From contig OZ287075.1 in the NCBI GenBank assembly GCA_965645245.1, forward strand, positions 1,488,001 through 1,552,000: DNA of 64,000 bases, in the 5' to 3' direction. The stretch is from Massalongia carnosa (lineage: Eukaryota). Below, piece after piece: positions 12,491-22,984 of the stretch. A program made the translations under genes and the position numbers. The notes beneath the pieces are model-generated. The model saw only the letters and a list, made by a program, of their open reading frames with translations. It was not told the origin of the DNA and ran no database searches. How positions within the stretch are numbered: position 1 is the stretch's first letter; each line of letters begins with the position of its first letter.

Positions 12491-14676
12491 ATGGAAACTT
12501 CATGCGCCAATCCTTTGCTACTCAGTTTCCTGAAAAAATGGTGGGATGAAGCAAAGGAGAGGACTGCTAAAAGCGCAACTATGTGAGATGCTTATTTTTA
12601 CTAGGCTTTGCGGCCTATTAACGACGTTGAATAGTTACAAAAAGGCCTACGAGTCTATGAAAGCATGCCCGTTGACTTTTAATCACCCATCAGAAGCCCA
12701 ACAGCTTCATGGTCTAGGGCCGAAGCTATGTGATCGGTTGACCGAAAGGTTGAAAGCACACTGTTCTGCCAATGGCTTGCCGATGCCCAAGGTCTCAAGA
12801 AAATGTAAAATACGGGCCCAACTCCACATTCTTTAAAGGACTCGTCTAAGAGCCTACAGCACGCAAGAGATTGAGCGCCGATGATTTAAGTCTCGTGAAC
12901 CCCGAACCTCCTGCCAAGAAATCTCGAAAACCCAGACCCTACGTGCCTGCGCTTCGTTCAGGGCCCTACGCTATCATCCTTGCGCTCTCCACCATTGCTG
13001 AAAGCTCTACTGCTGGACTTACCAAAGTTCAACTATTAGTGGAAGCTCAAGTACACTGTGATGCGTCTTTCACTGCTCCCGCTGACACTTCAAAGTACTA
13101 TACGGCATGGGATTCGATGAAAACTTTGCGGGGAAAGGACTTGGTTTACGTTAAGGGTAAACCCCTCGCGAGATACTACTTGACAGATGAAGGTTGGGAG
13201 GTTGCGAAGAGGATCAAGACCGTTCAATTTGGCGATGGAATTCCTTCCACATCTCTTGAAACCAGAGAAAATCCCGCTGACAACATGAATATCACGCGGA
13301 GTATCGCTAGTCCCGCAGACGATTTTGACGATCTGACTGATATTCCACTTCCCGTTCCTCGAAGACTATCCATAGTTCCCGAGTTTGAGCAAGCCTCAAG
13401 CACAGGTAGTGGTCAGCGGCTTGGAGGAGCAGTAACAGACAGATTTGGCACATTTTCAGAGACTCGCATGCGTGCCCTACCACCAAAAAAAGATATTGTC
13501 GAAATCTTTTCAAGTCCAGAGCCATACCTTCAACCAGAGGATATTGTTGTGAGGAAGAGACAAAGTCTAATCGATAAATCCTTTTTGATAGGTTTATATT
13601 CGGAAAAGAAATCTAGCGAGAAAGCGTTGGAGCAGCTATATCAAGATTCCCATTCTCCCCAACGCCACGCTTCTCTAAACAACTTTCAACCTATACAGCT
13701 TCAACCGGGAACATTCACAGTACAGCTAGTAATTGATAGTCGCGAAGTCCGGGCCAAAAACGATCGGGACTACATCCAAGATGAACTCGTCAAGAAGGGC
13801 GTCAACGTAATCGTCCGGCCGTTGGAACTTGGTGACTTTTTGTGGGTCGCCAAATGCAACGAAGTGGGACTGCTTGCTCGGTATGATGAAGAAGGCGATG
13901 AGGTGGCACTGGATTGGATAGTTGAGCGAAAGCGGTTGGATGATCTTGTGGGAAGTATTAAGGATGGGCGGTTTCTTGAACAGAAGTTCCGTTTGCGGAA
14001 GTCCGGTGCGACAAACGTAGTGTACATTATCGAAGAATTCACGATGAGCTCCGAGAAGACAACGACATATTACGAAGCCATCGAGTCGGCTATAGCATCT
14101 ACCCAAGTCGTAGACGGCTATTTCGTAAAGAAGACCGTCAAACTTGATGACACCATACGTTATCTTGCTCGCATGACTGTCATGCTGAAAGGGATTTACG
14201 AGGTAAGAGTGTTTTCCATGCTGCATAGCGTAGCGCAGTTGACTAACTTCGCGTCGTTTTAGTCTAAGCCGATATATATTATACCCACTGCTCACCTTGA
14301 GGCCCAAACCTATTTGCCGCTCCTTGAGGGTCTCCGTTTCGTTAACCCGCGGATATCTTACAACATCACATACGCCGCGTTCGCCGCCCTGGTCTCTAAG
14401 TCAGACTTTCTCACAGTGCGAGATGTCTTCCTAAAGATGCTCATGTGTACCCGCGGTATCACGGGCGACAAAGCGCTCGAACTTCAGAAGATCTGGAAGA
14501 CCCCAAGAGCATTATTCGAGGCTCTGGAAGCATGTGGCGGGAAGAAGGAGAGAGAAGACATGCTTAATGCGAGGCTAGGTAGAAATTTGAGGAGGAAGAA
14601 GATCGGCAAAACGGTGTGTGCCAAGGTTGCCGAAATTTGGGGCGACGGTTCAAGCGAATCAGTGCCTGCGGAATGA
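12491..14676 (+). CDS. MUS81: Crossover junction endonuclease Mus81, 4 exons
   Basis: METSCANPLLL start; YKKAYESMKACP..LHGLGPKLC (HhH); YVPALRSGPYAI (winged helix); ERCC4 nuclease motifs VIDSRE..GDFLWVA..ERKRLDDL..SIKDGRFLEQK; C-terminal HhH LMCTRGITGDKA. Confidence 0.95.
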
Positions 14677-15483
14677 TTCTTTTCTCATCAGAGTATGAAA
14701 GGATCTATCCGTTTAACTGGCGCCGTAACTTTGTACAAGGTAAAATTGCGTGAGCGTGGCTGAACCTTCCTCCTTCCCGATATTGGTCTAAACAGCGAGC
14801 CGTAGGGCTGGATCGATCATTGTGCCGTCAAGCAACGTCTCGAGCACAGCCTCATTACCCAGGGCGGTGGAAGGACACAAGTCTTCAACCCAACAGCAAA
14901 ACATGATAATCCTCGTAATGCGTTTGATCTATCCATCCGTACAGAACAGCTTCCACAATGCAACTAGTCAGCTAGAATTTTATTGAAAAAGACCGTTTGG
15001 ATATGCATCCTACCCATAACATTACCTCGTTGGCTTTTATTAATCACATTAATATTGATGTGTTGTTCCAACACATTCTTGCCTTCCATGTCATGTTTGC
15101 TGAGGAATTTATCGCGCGCCATTTGTGCGATGCTTCCCTCTATTACTCTACTATGCGCGACTTGTGCGGTTTTTCTTCCTTCGCCACTTTCGTCACATAT
15201 ACTATCACATACTTTCTCCTCGGCTCATACCTTTTTTTCTCTTCAATCCCGCTTTTAGTACCCTAGAGATAAGGAAAAGTCTCACTTGTCAGAAGTACGT
15301 TGCCGATATAAAGCAAAGATCATCGCTCAAACCTGCCCGCTTGAGCAACTGGCAACCACATTTGCGCCTTGCCTTGCCGCCTATCTGGCCTTGTTCTCGT
15401 TGGGTGGATTGGATTGTGCGGAGTGCACTAATGCACTTGTCTAGGTTGGCTGTTTGACCAACGAACTGGTGCCGTGCGCAGTA

Positions 15484-15883
15484 ATGGAGAAGACTGCCGA
15501 ACCCAACTGGGTAACCATAGCATTGATCAATAATATACATTGCGCTTCCTGTGTGTCACATATTCGGGGTGTTCTTGAAAGCCTTGGTCATGCAGTGCAA
15601 CATGTGAAAACTAGCATTCTGTCTCACGGAGTCGTTATCCTTTAATGCTCGGTCCTTATCCGCTTTGGACATATATCTTGTTCTATCAAGCGCTGCTTTT
15701 GAGGTCTACGGCTCAATGATTATGGATAGCTCTGGAGTTAAAGTTCAGGAACTTAATCTTTCCAACGATCCGAACGGCTGACTTTAGGCTGCTGCAGATT
15801 GATGGAGACCGTACTCACAAGCATCGGCCAGTTCACGATTTTCTTGTCTTGAATTTCCTGAAATAAATCGTTAGAAAACACAC
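15484..15883 (+). pseudogene. Decayed N-terminal HMA extension of the Cu-ATPase
   Basis: ATG 15484 reads MEKTAEPNWVTIALINNIHCASCVSHI (HMA CxxC). A +1 frameshift at ~15643 leads into the ATPase frame, which then has stops at 15779, 15785, 15800 and 15872. Confidence 0.75.
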
Positions 15884-16000
15884 TTGGAAAACTGCGTAGC
15901 TTGCCAAGACGAAAAATCTCTTGTAGAGAAATCTGCTAGTCCTGTAGCATCGAAAGGTATCGCCAACGCCCTGAACAACACTCAGCGCGGTGGTGGCCAT

Positions 16001-19000
16001 ATGTATTTGCACGGAATCTATAACGAGGAGCAGGGTCCTGTTTCTACTTTGCCGGATAAAGAGAAAGCTATACCGCGGCTTGAGGAGGCTATAAAGGCTG
16101 AGCAAGGAAGCAGTCAACATCGGATTCTAGCGTTGAGTATCAAGGGGATGACCTGTGCTTCTTGTGCTTCGTCCATTACGCATGCACTGGAAAGTCTGGA
16201 ATTTGTTCGGAGCGCTAAGATCAACTTACTGACCAACAGCGCGACTGTAGCTTACAACGGAGCTGACGAGTCACCTGAAAAGATAGTTGGGATAATAGGA
16301 GATGTTGGATTTGACGCTTCAATAGTTGACAATGAAGCTCTATTACCGGCTACGCCAGCGCTTCCCACATCACAGTTTAAGCCAGAAAAGCAGCGGTATA
16401 AGGCTATCCTTCACATTGGAGGAATGACATGTGGTTCATGCGCTGGATTTATTGAAGAAAGCTTGTATAAACTTCCGTTCACGGAGAATGTGCAGGTTAC
16501 CTTATTGACAAACGGTGCTATTGTGACCTTTATAAACGAGGAAAACCTCGAAAGCATCATCTACATGGTAAAAGACCTTGGGTACGAGTGCGTGGTGCAG
16601 AGCTGTGATGCTATTAATCCGCCTTCACAAGAGGGTTTGAGCGTGGTTGGAGTTCAACAGCGGTCTATTCTGGTGAAAATTGATGGAATGTTTTGCAAGC
16701 ATTGCCCATCGAATATCGTTGATGCTCTCAACTCGAAATTTTCGGCACTTCTTACCGTTGATAACCCACCATCTTTAAAGGAACCGATCATGCAAATAAC
16801 ATATACACCTGTTCCTCCAGACTTTACTATTAGAGACATCCTTTCCACCATCAACGGACTCAGCGAATCCTTCAAGGCCACACCGTACCGTCCGCCATCG
16901 ATTGAGCAGCGGTCTCAAGCTATGCAAATCTATGAACAGCACCGATTATCAAGACGTCTTCTCCTTAGTTTCAGTATTACTATTCCCACCTTTTTGATTG
17001 GAGTGGTTTGGATGAGTCTAGTACCCAGCACGAACAAGATTAGGATGTTCTTCGAAGAGGCAGCTTGGTCTGGGACGGTCACCCGCGCCGAATGGGCTCT
17101 TTTCGTTCTTGCATCGCTGGTTATGTTCTTTGCTGCAGACTTGTTTCATATTAGGGCAATAAAGGAGATTCGTGCTCTCTGGCGAAGCAGCAGGATACCC
17201 ATCTTACGAAGATTCTATCGTTTCGGCAGCATGAATTTGCTCATCTCAGCTGGCACATCCGTAGCATACTTCTCATCATTAGCTCTGCTGATCATTGCTG
17301 CAACGTCAAATAAAGATTCGTCGAGCCATAATAGCACATATTTTGACTCGGTCGTGTTTCTCACTTTCTTTATACTAATCGGGCGGTACCTAGAGGCTTA
17401 CAGTAAATCAAAGACTGGAAATGCCGTAGCCCTTCTCGGCAAATTCAGGCCTCAACAGGCTATTCTAGTTTCTAATGCATCCATACTCGAAACAGCGTCA
17501 GGAAATAGCGATGCGATGGCAGATAAATCTGTACCACGCTACATCACCAGTAGAGTAGGAGCCGATCTACTTGAAGTTGCAGATGTGGTCCTTGTTCCCC
17601 ATGGATCTTCCCCGCCAGCCGATGGGATTATCCTTACTGGTTCTACGAAACTTGATGAGAGCTCCCTTACCGGAGAATCTCGAGCTGTCTCCAAGTTCCC
17701 AAATGATAAAGTATTTGCCGGCACCGTAAATTTTGGCGATCCCATATCCATCAGGATCACCGATGTCGCGGGTACCTCGGTGCTCGATCAAGTCATCTCA
17801 GTTATTCGAGAAGGCCAAACCAGGCGCGCTCCTGTGGAACGAGTTGTAGACTCGATGACCGGATATTTCGTACCCATTATCACAGCTTTGGCGATCCTAA
17901 CATTTTTCATCTGGTTCTCCCTCGGCCAATCGGGCGCTCTATCGACCAAGTATCTCGGCTCACAGGAAGGCGGCTGGGCTTTTTGGAGTCTTGAATTCGC
18001 GATTGCGGTTTTTGTTGTGGCTTGTCCATGTGGGATTGGACTCGCTGCGCCTACGGCTTTGTTTGTTGGAGGAGGCCTTGCAGCGACGAACGGAATCTTG
18101 GTCAGAGGAGGTGGTGAGGCCTTTCAAGAGGCTAGTAACGTTGACATAGTGGTTTTCGACAAGACAGGTACGTTGACTGAAGGTGGCAACCTGAAGGTCA
18201 CCGACCACGAAATACTCGTTCATGGAGCGGAGGCCGATATTGCGTGGTCTGTCACTAAAGCTCTGGAGGAAAATAGCTCACATCCGATTGCTCGTGCCTT
18301 GCTGGAACTCGCTTCGACACGGTCCACCCTCCCTATTCAGATAACTTCAATCGACGAGATCCCTGGGCTTGGTCTTCGCGGCACATTCTCCGTCCGAAAC
18401 CCTGTATCCAAGGAGCGGCTCATTTACCAAGCGGCACTGGGTTCTGAATGCCTCTTATACTCTCTTAATCCTACCCCCGAACCTCTTAATTATTTCACGA
18501 CGAACACACTCTCTCTCTGGAAGTCGCAGTCTAAATCCATCGCCCTCCTTGCACTGCGTCGCTTCCCCGACTCTGTCTCTCCTTCTGAACTCTCCCCAAT
18601 AATCCATTCATCCTATCCCTGGAAGTTATCGAGCCTCTTCGCCATTTCCGACCCCATCCGCCCCTCTGCCCTTCCCACCATCGCGGCACTCAAAACCCGT
18701 AACATCCCCGTATACATGCTCACAGGCGACAACCCCACCACCGCCGCCGCAGTCGCCTCCTCCCTCTCCATCCCCCTAACCAACGTTTTCGCGGGCGTCC
18801 TCCCCACCGAAAAAGCAGCCAAGATCCAACATCTGCAAGCCCATGGTCCTCGTCGCTCTCAACCTTCCTATTCTATCCTCCACCGTTACCTCACCCCTTT
18901 CCGACAAAACAAACCTCGAGCCATAAAACCCGCCATCGTAGCCTTCATCGGCGACGGCATCAACGACGCGCCCGCCCTTACCGTCGCCTCCGTCTCCATC

Positions 19001-19318
19001 TCCCTCGCCTCCGCCTCGGACATTGCCCTCTCCTCCTCCTCCTTCGTGCTCCTGTCGCCCTCACTGCAGAACATCGTCCTGCTGCTCGACCTCAGCAAGC
19101 GCGTCTTCCGGCGCGTGCGCTTCAATTTCGCCTGGGCGGTCGGTTACAACGCCCTCTTGATCCCTATAGCGGCCGGAGTGCTGTTCCGGGTCGGGAAAGA
19201 GGGCGGGTGGAGGCTGGGGCCAGTGTGGGGGAGCGCGGCCATGGCGGCGAGCAGTTTGAGCGTTGTGTGCAGTAGTTTGGCGCTGAGGTTGGGGGGTGGG
19301 CGGCGCAAGGAGGAGTAG
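16001..19318 (+). CDS. P1B-type heavy-metal (Cu+) transporting ATPase, intronless
   Basis: HMA motifs GMTCASC, GMTCGSC and GMFCKHC; TGES; CPC (VACPCGIGLAAP); DKTGT; SSHP; GDGINDAP; YN and MAASS in the last TM helices (Cu+ P1B-1 signature). The frame is open from 15875 and the first in-frame ATG is at 16001. Confidence 0.93.
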   Translation: MYLHGIYNEEQGPVSTLPDKEKAIPRLEEAIKAEQGSSQHRILALSIKGMTCASCASSITHALESLEFVRSAKINLLTNSATVAYNGADESPEKIVGIIGDVGFDASIVDNEALLPATPALPTSQFKPEKQRYKAILHIGGMTCGSCAGFIEESLYKLPFTENVQVTLLTNGAIVTFINEENLESIIYMVKDLGYECVVQSCDAINPPSQEGLSVVGVQQRSILVKIDGMFCKHCPSNIVDALNSKFSALLTVDNPPSLKEPIMQITYTPVPPDFTIRDILSTINGLSESFKATPYRPPSIEQRSQAMQIYEQHRLSRRLLLSFSITIPTFLIGVVWMSLVPSTNKIRMFFEEAAWSGTVTRAEWALFVLASLVMFFAADLFHIRAIKEIRALWRSSRIPILRRFYRFGSMNLLISAGTSVAYFSSLALLIIAATSNKDSSSHNSTYFDSVVFLTFFILIGRYLEAYSKSKTGNAVALLGKFRPQQAILVSNASILETASGNSDAMADKSVPRYITSRVGADLLEVADVVLVPHGSSPPADGIILTGSTKLDESSLTGESRAVSKFPNDKVFAGTVNFGDPISIRITDVAGTSVLDQVISVIREGQTRRAPVERVVDSMTGYFVPIITALAILTFFIWFSLGQSGALSTKYLGSQEGGWAFWSLEFAIAVFVVACPCGIGLAAPTALFVGGGLAATNGILVRGGGEAFQEASNVDIVVFDKTGTLTEGGNLKVTDHEILVHGAEADIAWSVTKALEENSSHPIARALLELASTRSTLPIQITSIDEIPGLGLRGTFSVRNPVSKERLIYQAALGSECLLYSLNPTPEPLNYFTTNTLSLWKSQSKSIALLALRRFPDSVSPSELSPIIHSSYPWKLSSLFAISDPIRPSALPTIAALKTRNIPVYMLTGDNPTTAAAVASSLSIPLTNVFAGVLPTEKAAKIQHLQAHGPRRSQPSYSILHRYLTPFRQNKPRAIKPAIVAFIGDGINDAPALTVASVSISLASASDIALSSSSFVLLSPSLQNIVLLLDLSKRVFRRVRFNFAWAVGYNALLIPIAAGVLFRVGKEGGWRLGPVWGSAAMAASSLSVVCSSLALRLGGGRRKEE

Positions 19319-21015
19319 GAATGAGGTAGAGGATGGGTGATGTGGTGCGAGGGGTATTGGAAATGTGATTCATGCGGAACGTCCGAGATACCGAAGGGGG
19401 GGTGGGGAGTAATTGCATGGCGCACTAACTACAGGGAACCCTTTCAATTCCACCTAGTTACCTATGGTAGCAGGCAGCTTCATCGAACCCTGGGCTCTGT
19501 CTCCCATCTGGGCAAAGCGTGTGCTAATACCGGGGAGCGGGATTTCTGTTATTTTTTGTTTTATCGGGCTTTTTTTTTGGGAGGGGGGGGGAGGAAGGTT
19601 TAACGATATAGATTTGGTAGCTTGGGTTTATTAGTTTTAAGTGGGATATCTCACAATCGGGATCAGGATCGGGGTATAAAAGGAAAAATATTGAATGAAT
19701 GAAGGAAGCATATCGCGGATTCTGGATCACTCGTTCGTTTCCCCGTTAGATATCTGTATACCTCCGTAGGTTGATACGTATGTATGGAGGATAAGTAGTT
19801 AGGTAGGTAGTAAATACGTAAAGTACAAGCGTACCACGTCCTTCCATCCCCAAACCCATGAGCCAATCCCTCCCCATTTTCCCGCAACTCGCGGAAACCT
19901 ATGTGCCTATGTACTCGCCTACACTAAACCACATAGCTATATCATCCATCGCTTTCCCTTGGGCTTTCCTCCCTTTCTGCCTGAGTCTGTCTCTTTGCTC
20001 TAATTTTTAAACGGGAGGGCAGGCTCTGACGTTCCCCGCTCGTGACGACGACGACGACGACGACGATGATGATTATGGTAGTTGTACCTGTCTATTCTCT
20101 TCGTTGAAGTGTTCGTTCGACCCGGTTCGTTTCTCCAGCTATTTAATCTATATAGAGTAGATATCCACAAAGACTTTCCGAGGACGTCCTCCCTTCACCA
20201 CGAGAGGTTTCGCTTCTTGAAAGCCTTGTTTAGTTAGGAGAGAGAATAAAGCGAGAGTAAGTTAAATGGACTTTTCTATCGGGGGGTTTTTTTTCTTCTC
20301 AAGGCCCCCTCCCCCTTTTTTGGAAAAGGGGGGAGTGAAGTCGGTGGTCTTCCAAGGAAGGGAATAAGGCATAACCGATTGTGTAAGGCGTTCATATAGG
20401 TTCTTCCAACGCTTCTTCTGCAATGTTTTCGAGGTAGAGCTTTCCTAAGAGAAAAGTGTCCCTGGAGGATGAGAAGAAGCTTGGAAATGAGAGTGTCCCT
20501 TCGAGCAGGGGCCCGTTTGGAACGACTATTGAATGACGAGCATTTATATCTGAGGGATGAGCTTAATCGAGTCTCTCTTTTCTCACTGTTCTCTTTGCTT
20601 GTGCATTATCTGCCCCCGCGGGGAAACGGGTATGTTGTTGTGGGTTATTGGGGTTCACCGCAACGTTAATCTATTTGAAATCGGGTGCCCCCTGGGCTCG
20701 CAATTGTTAGGTAGGAGGATACGACCACAAATGTTATTAGCTGATTGGCCAAGCGAGATGGATTCGAACAAATATGGTGAGTACATTCTATGGGATGCTG
20801 TTTTAAGAAAGGTCATATTCACGCTGATTAACCCCTTTTAGAATAGACCCTTCGCACCTGTTTCTTCGAGTAGCCCAGAGCCAGAATCTTAATATGTAAT
20901 ATTGCCATTCTGCTACATGTTATGCCAAGAATTACTTGTATAGTTACATGTTACAAGTCTATCCTCTGTTACCGTACTGAATCCAGGACATGGGCAAAAC
21001 AACGGAGATGGAATA

Positions 21016-22636
21016 TCACCAACCAAAATTTTCGATCTCGATATTGATGTCCCTACCCTGAGAAGAGCAAATATTTCGGACGCTCCTATTCATTCCATCC
21101 GGGCCCGAACATACAACTCCAATCTTACCCCGGTGGGGATAAGCGAATGTTTTGAGCCAAGAAACGAGAATTTCTTTAATATCCGGGTGGCCGTTATGGG
21201 CGGCTGCGGGAGGAATCACGACGTTCGCTCTTTGGAAACGTAGCTCGTCTACTTTTCTAGTTCCTAACCAGCCCAAATGTAGGGAATTGCGGATAATCCA
21301 GATGAAGAGGACCTTCTTTGAAGAGCTGGAACTCGCCAAGTATTCTGAATCTTTTTCGTTAGCTGTGGCGAGCACTGACCAAACCAACGGCCATGTAAAA
21401 CCTATACCGCTACCTCCGGCGATTATGATTGATACAGCGTACCCCTGAAGCATGCAAACATATGACTGAGCCCCGTAAGGCTTGTCAAGCCTAACGGTAG
21501 TACTCGAGTGGGCCATGGCGTAGTGTAATAGATCTCGAGAGAACCATCATGCGCTCTAATTATCAGCTTAAGGCTTAGGTCGGCGTCGCTATTTGCAGGA
21601 GCTTTGGATGCGATGGTGAAGGGGTGGGCTTGGATTCTGTATTTTTCGGCAAGTGATGGGATAGTGAGGAATACGTGTTCTGTGGTTTTTCATCCCTCGG
21701 AAATATCTGTACCCAGAAGCTGATTCATCCAGTTCTGGCGCTTCTTGGAAGTTGGTACTTTTGCACGCAGCAGGACGGTGGCTCCATCGGCTTTCACCTC
21801 CAATGTTCGCTTCACTGTCCTGATTTTCATAACCATGCGATGGAAACCCTATCCACGAGAAATTTTGCAAGTGCACCATATACATAAGGCCCACTCCCGT
21901 GATGGTAGAACCATAGAAAGATTAGAGCCAGAACCTGGATTGTAACATGTGATCCTAAGAACAACTCATACCATCGTGTCGAAAACTCCCCAGCGACATC
22001 AAGTAAAGCACCTCATAGGCAATGAAAGCACCCATACACCGTAGGATAATCTTGCTCAAGAAAAACTCCACCCAAGTAGAGCCGGTACGCCGGAAAACAA
22101 CATACCACACCATCCCCATCCCCAATCCCAGCGGAGTGCAACAGAGCTAGCAAGCACATGAATTCCTTGAGTCTGCGATGAATTATGTTGAGTGATTCGT
22201 ACGAATACCTAGTCAGAAATCTAATAGGTTAGTTCTTCGCGGCAAGAAGGTACAGCGTAGGTAAGTTGGCGACGAATAGGAGAGAAGCACGATCTGCAAG
22301 CACAACAAGCGTACGAATTGAAATATGGACATGGTAGAATAGGTGGAAGACTTGGATACCGATGAACGCTAGAATTATAAGCGTGCTTCCATTCGACGGG
22401 AGAACCTTTCCAAAGAACGCGCCACCCCAATTAAAAGACGATGAACCCAAGAAGCAGAGCAAGATTAGCCAAATGATATGTCAAAATGAAATTCATAGAA
22501 AAGTGAAGGCAGTCGATGATCTTCTGCCAAAATGGGTGGTTCTCGGGATCGGCCAAGGAAAATGCATTTGTAGATGAGGGAGCGTGAAAAGAATATTTAA
22601 AAAGGGCAGAAATCTCCCACACGCTGTGAGATCCAT
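21016..22636 (-). pseudogene. Ferric/cupric reductase-like transmembrane (FRE family) pseudogene
   Basis: LADRASLLFVANLPTLYLLAAKN* (stop), G*KTTEHVFLTIPSL..AHPFTIAS (FAD-binding), LIIRAHDG[frameshift]SRDLL, IIAGGSGIGFTWP and VVCSGPDGM..IEIENFGW (NADPH-binding). It carries several stops and frameshifts; the 5' end is approximate. Confidence 0.85.
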
Positions 22637-22984
22637 ATGATGTTTCGTGAATGAATGTGAATGAATGTATGATATAAAAGCTAGAGGAACATGAAGAGGG
22701 GGGATGCGATTGAAAAGGAAAACATTTCGCCGCAAACGCATGACTGGATTAGGACTAATAACCCTCTGAATCTATGACGCCATCTAAGGCAATGTCGACA
22801 TCCAAAGGGCCGGCTGATGATATACCTGTCCTTTGTGTTCGGGCTCATTGTTTCAGTTCATGATGAATGCTCATGCTCATGCTCAGGAGTGACAAGTTCA
22901 CGCTGCCAACGGAGAAAAGTGATGGGCCTGATGACTGGGGCTAGGCTTTGTACCGCTCTACGGAGTCCAAGCCGTCATCAACCA

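Noticed and set aside
22854..22938. Box C (ATGATGA) ... box D (CTGA) with a short terminal stem, snoRNA-like
   Set aside because: I could not match a guide sequence to rRNA, the interior is a hexamer repeat, and such boxes occur by chance. It would need a snoscan/Infernal search.
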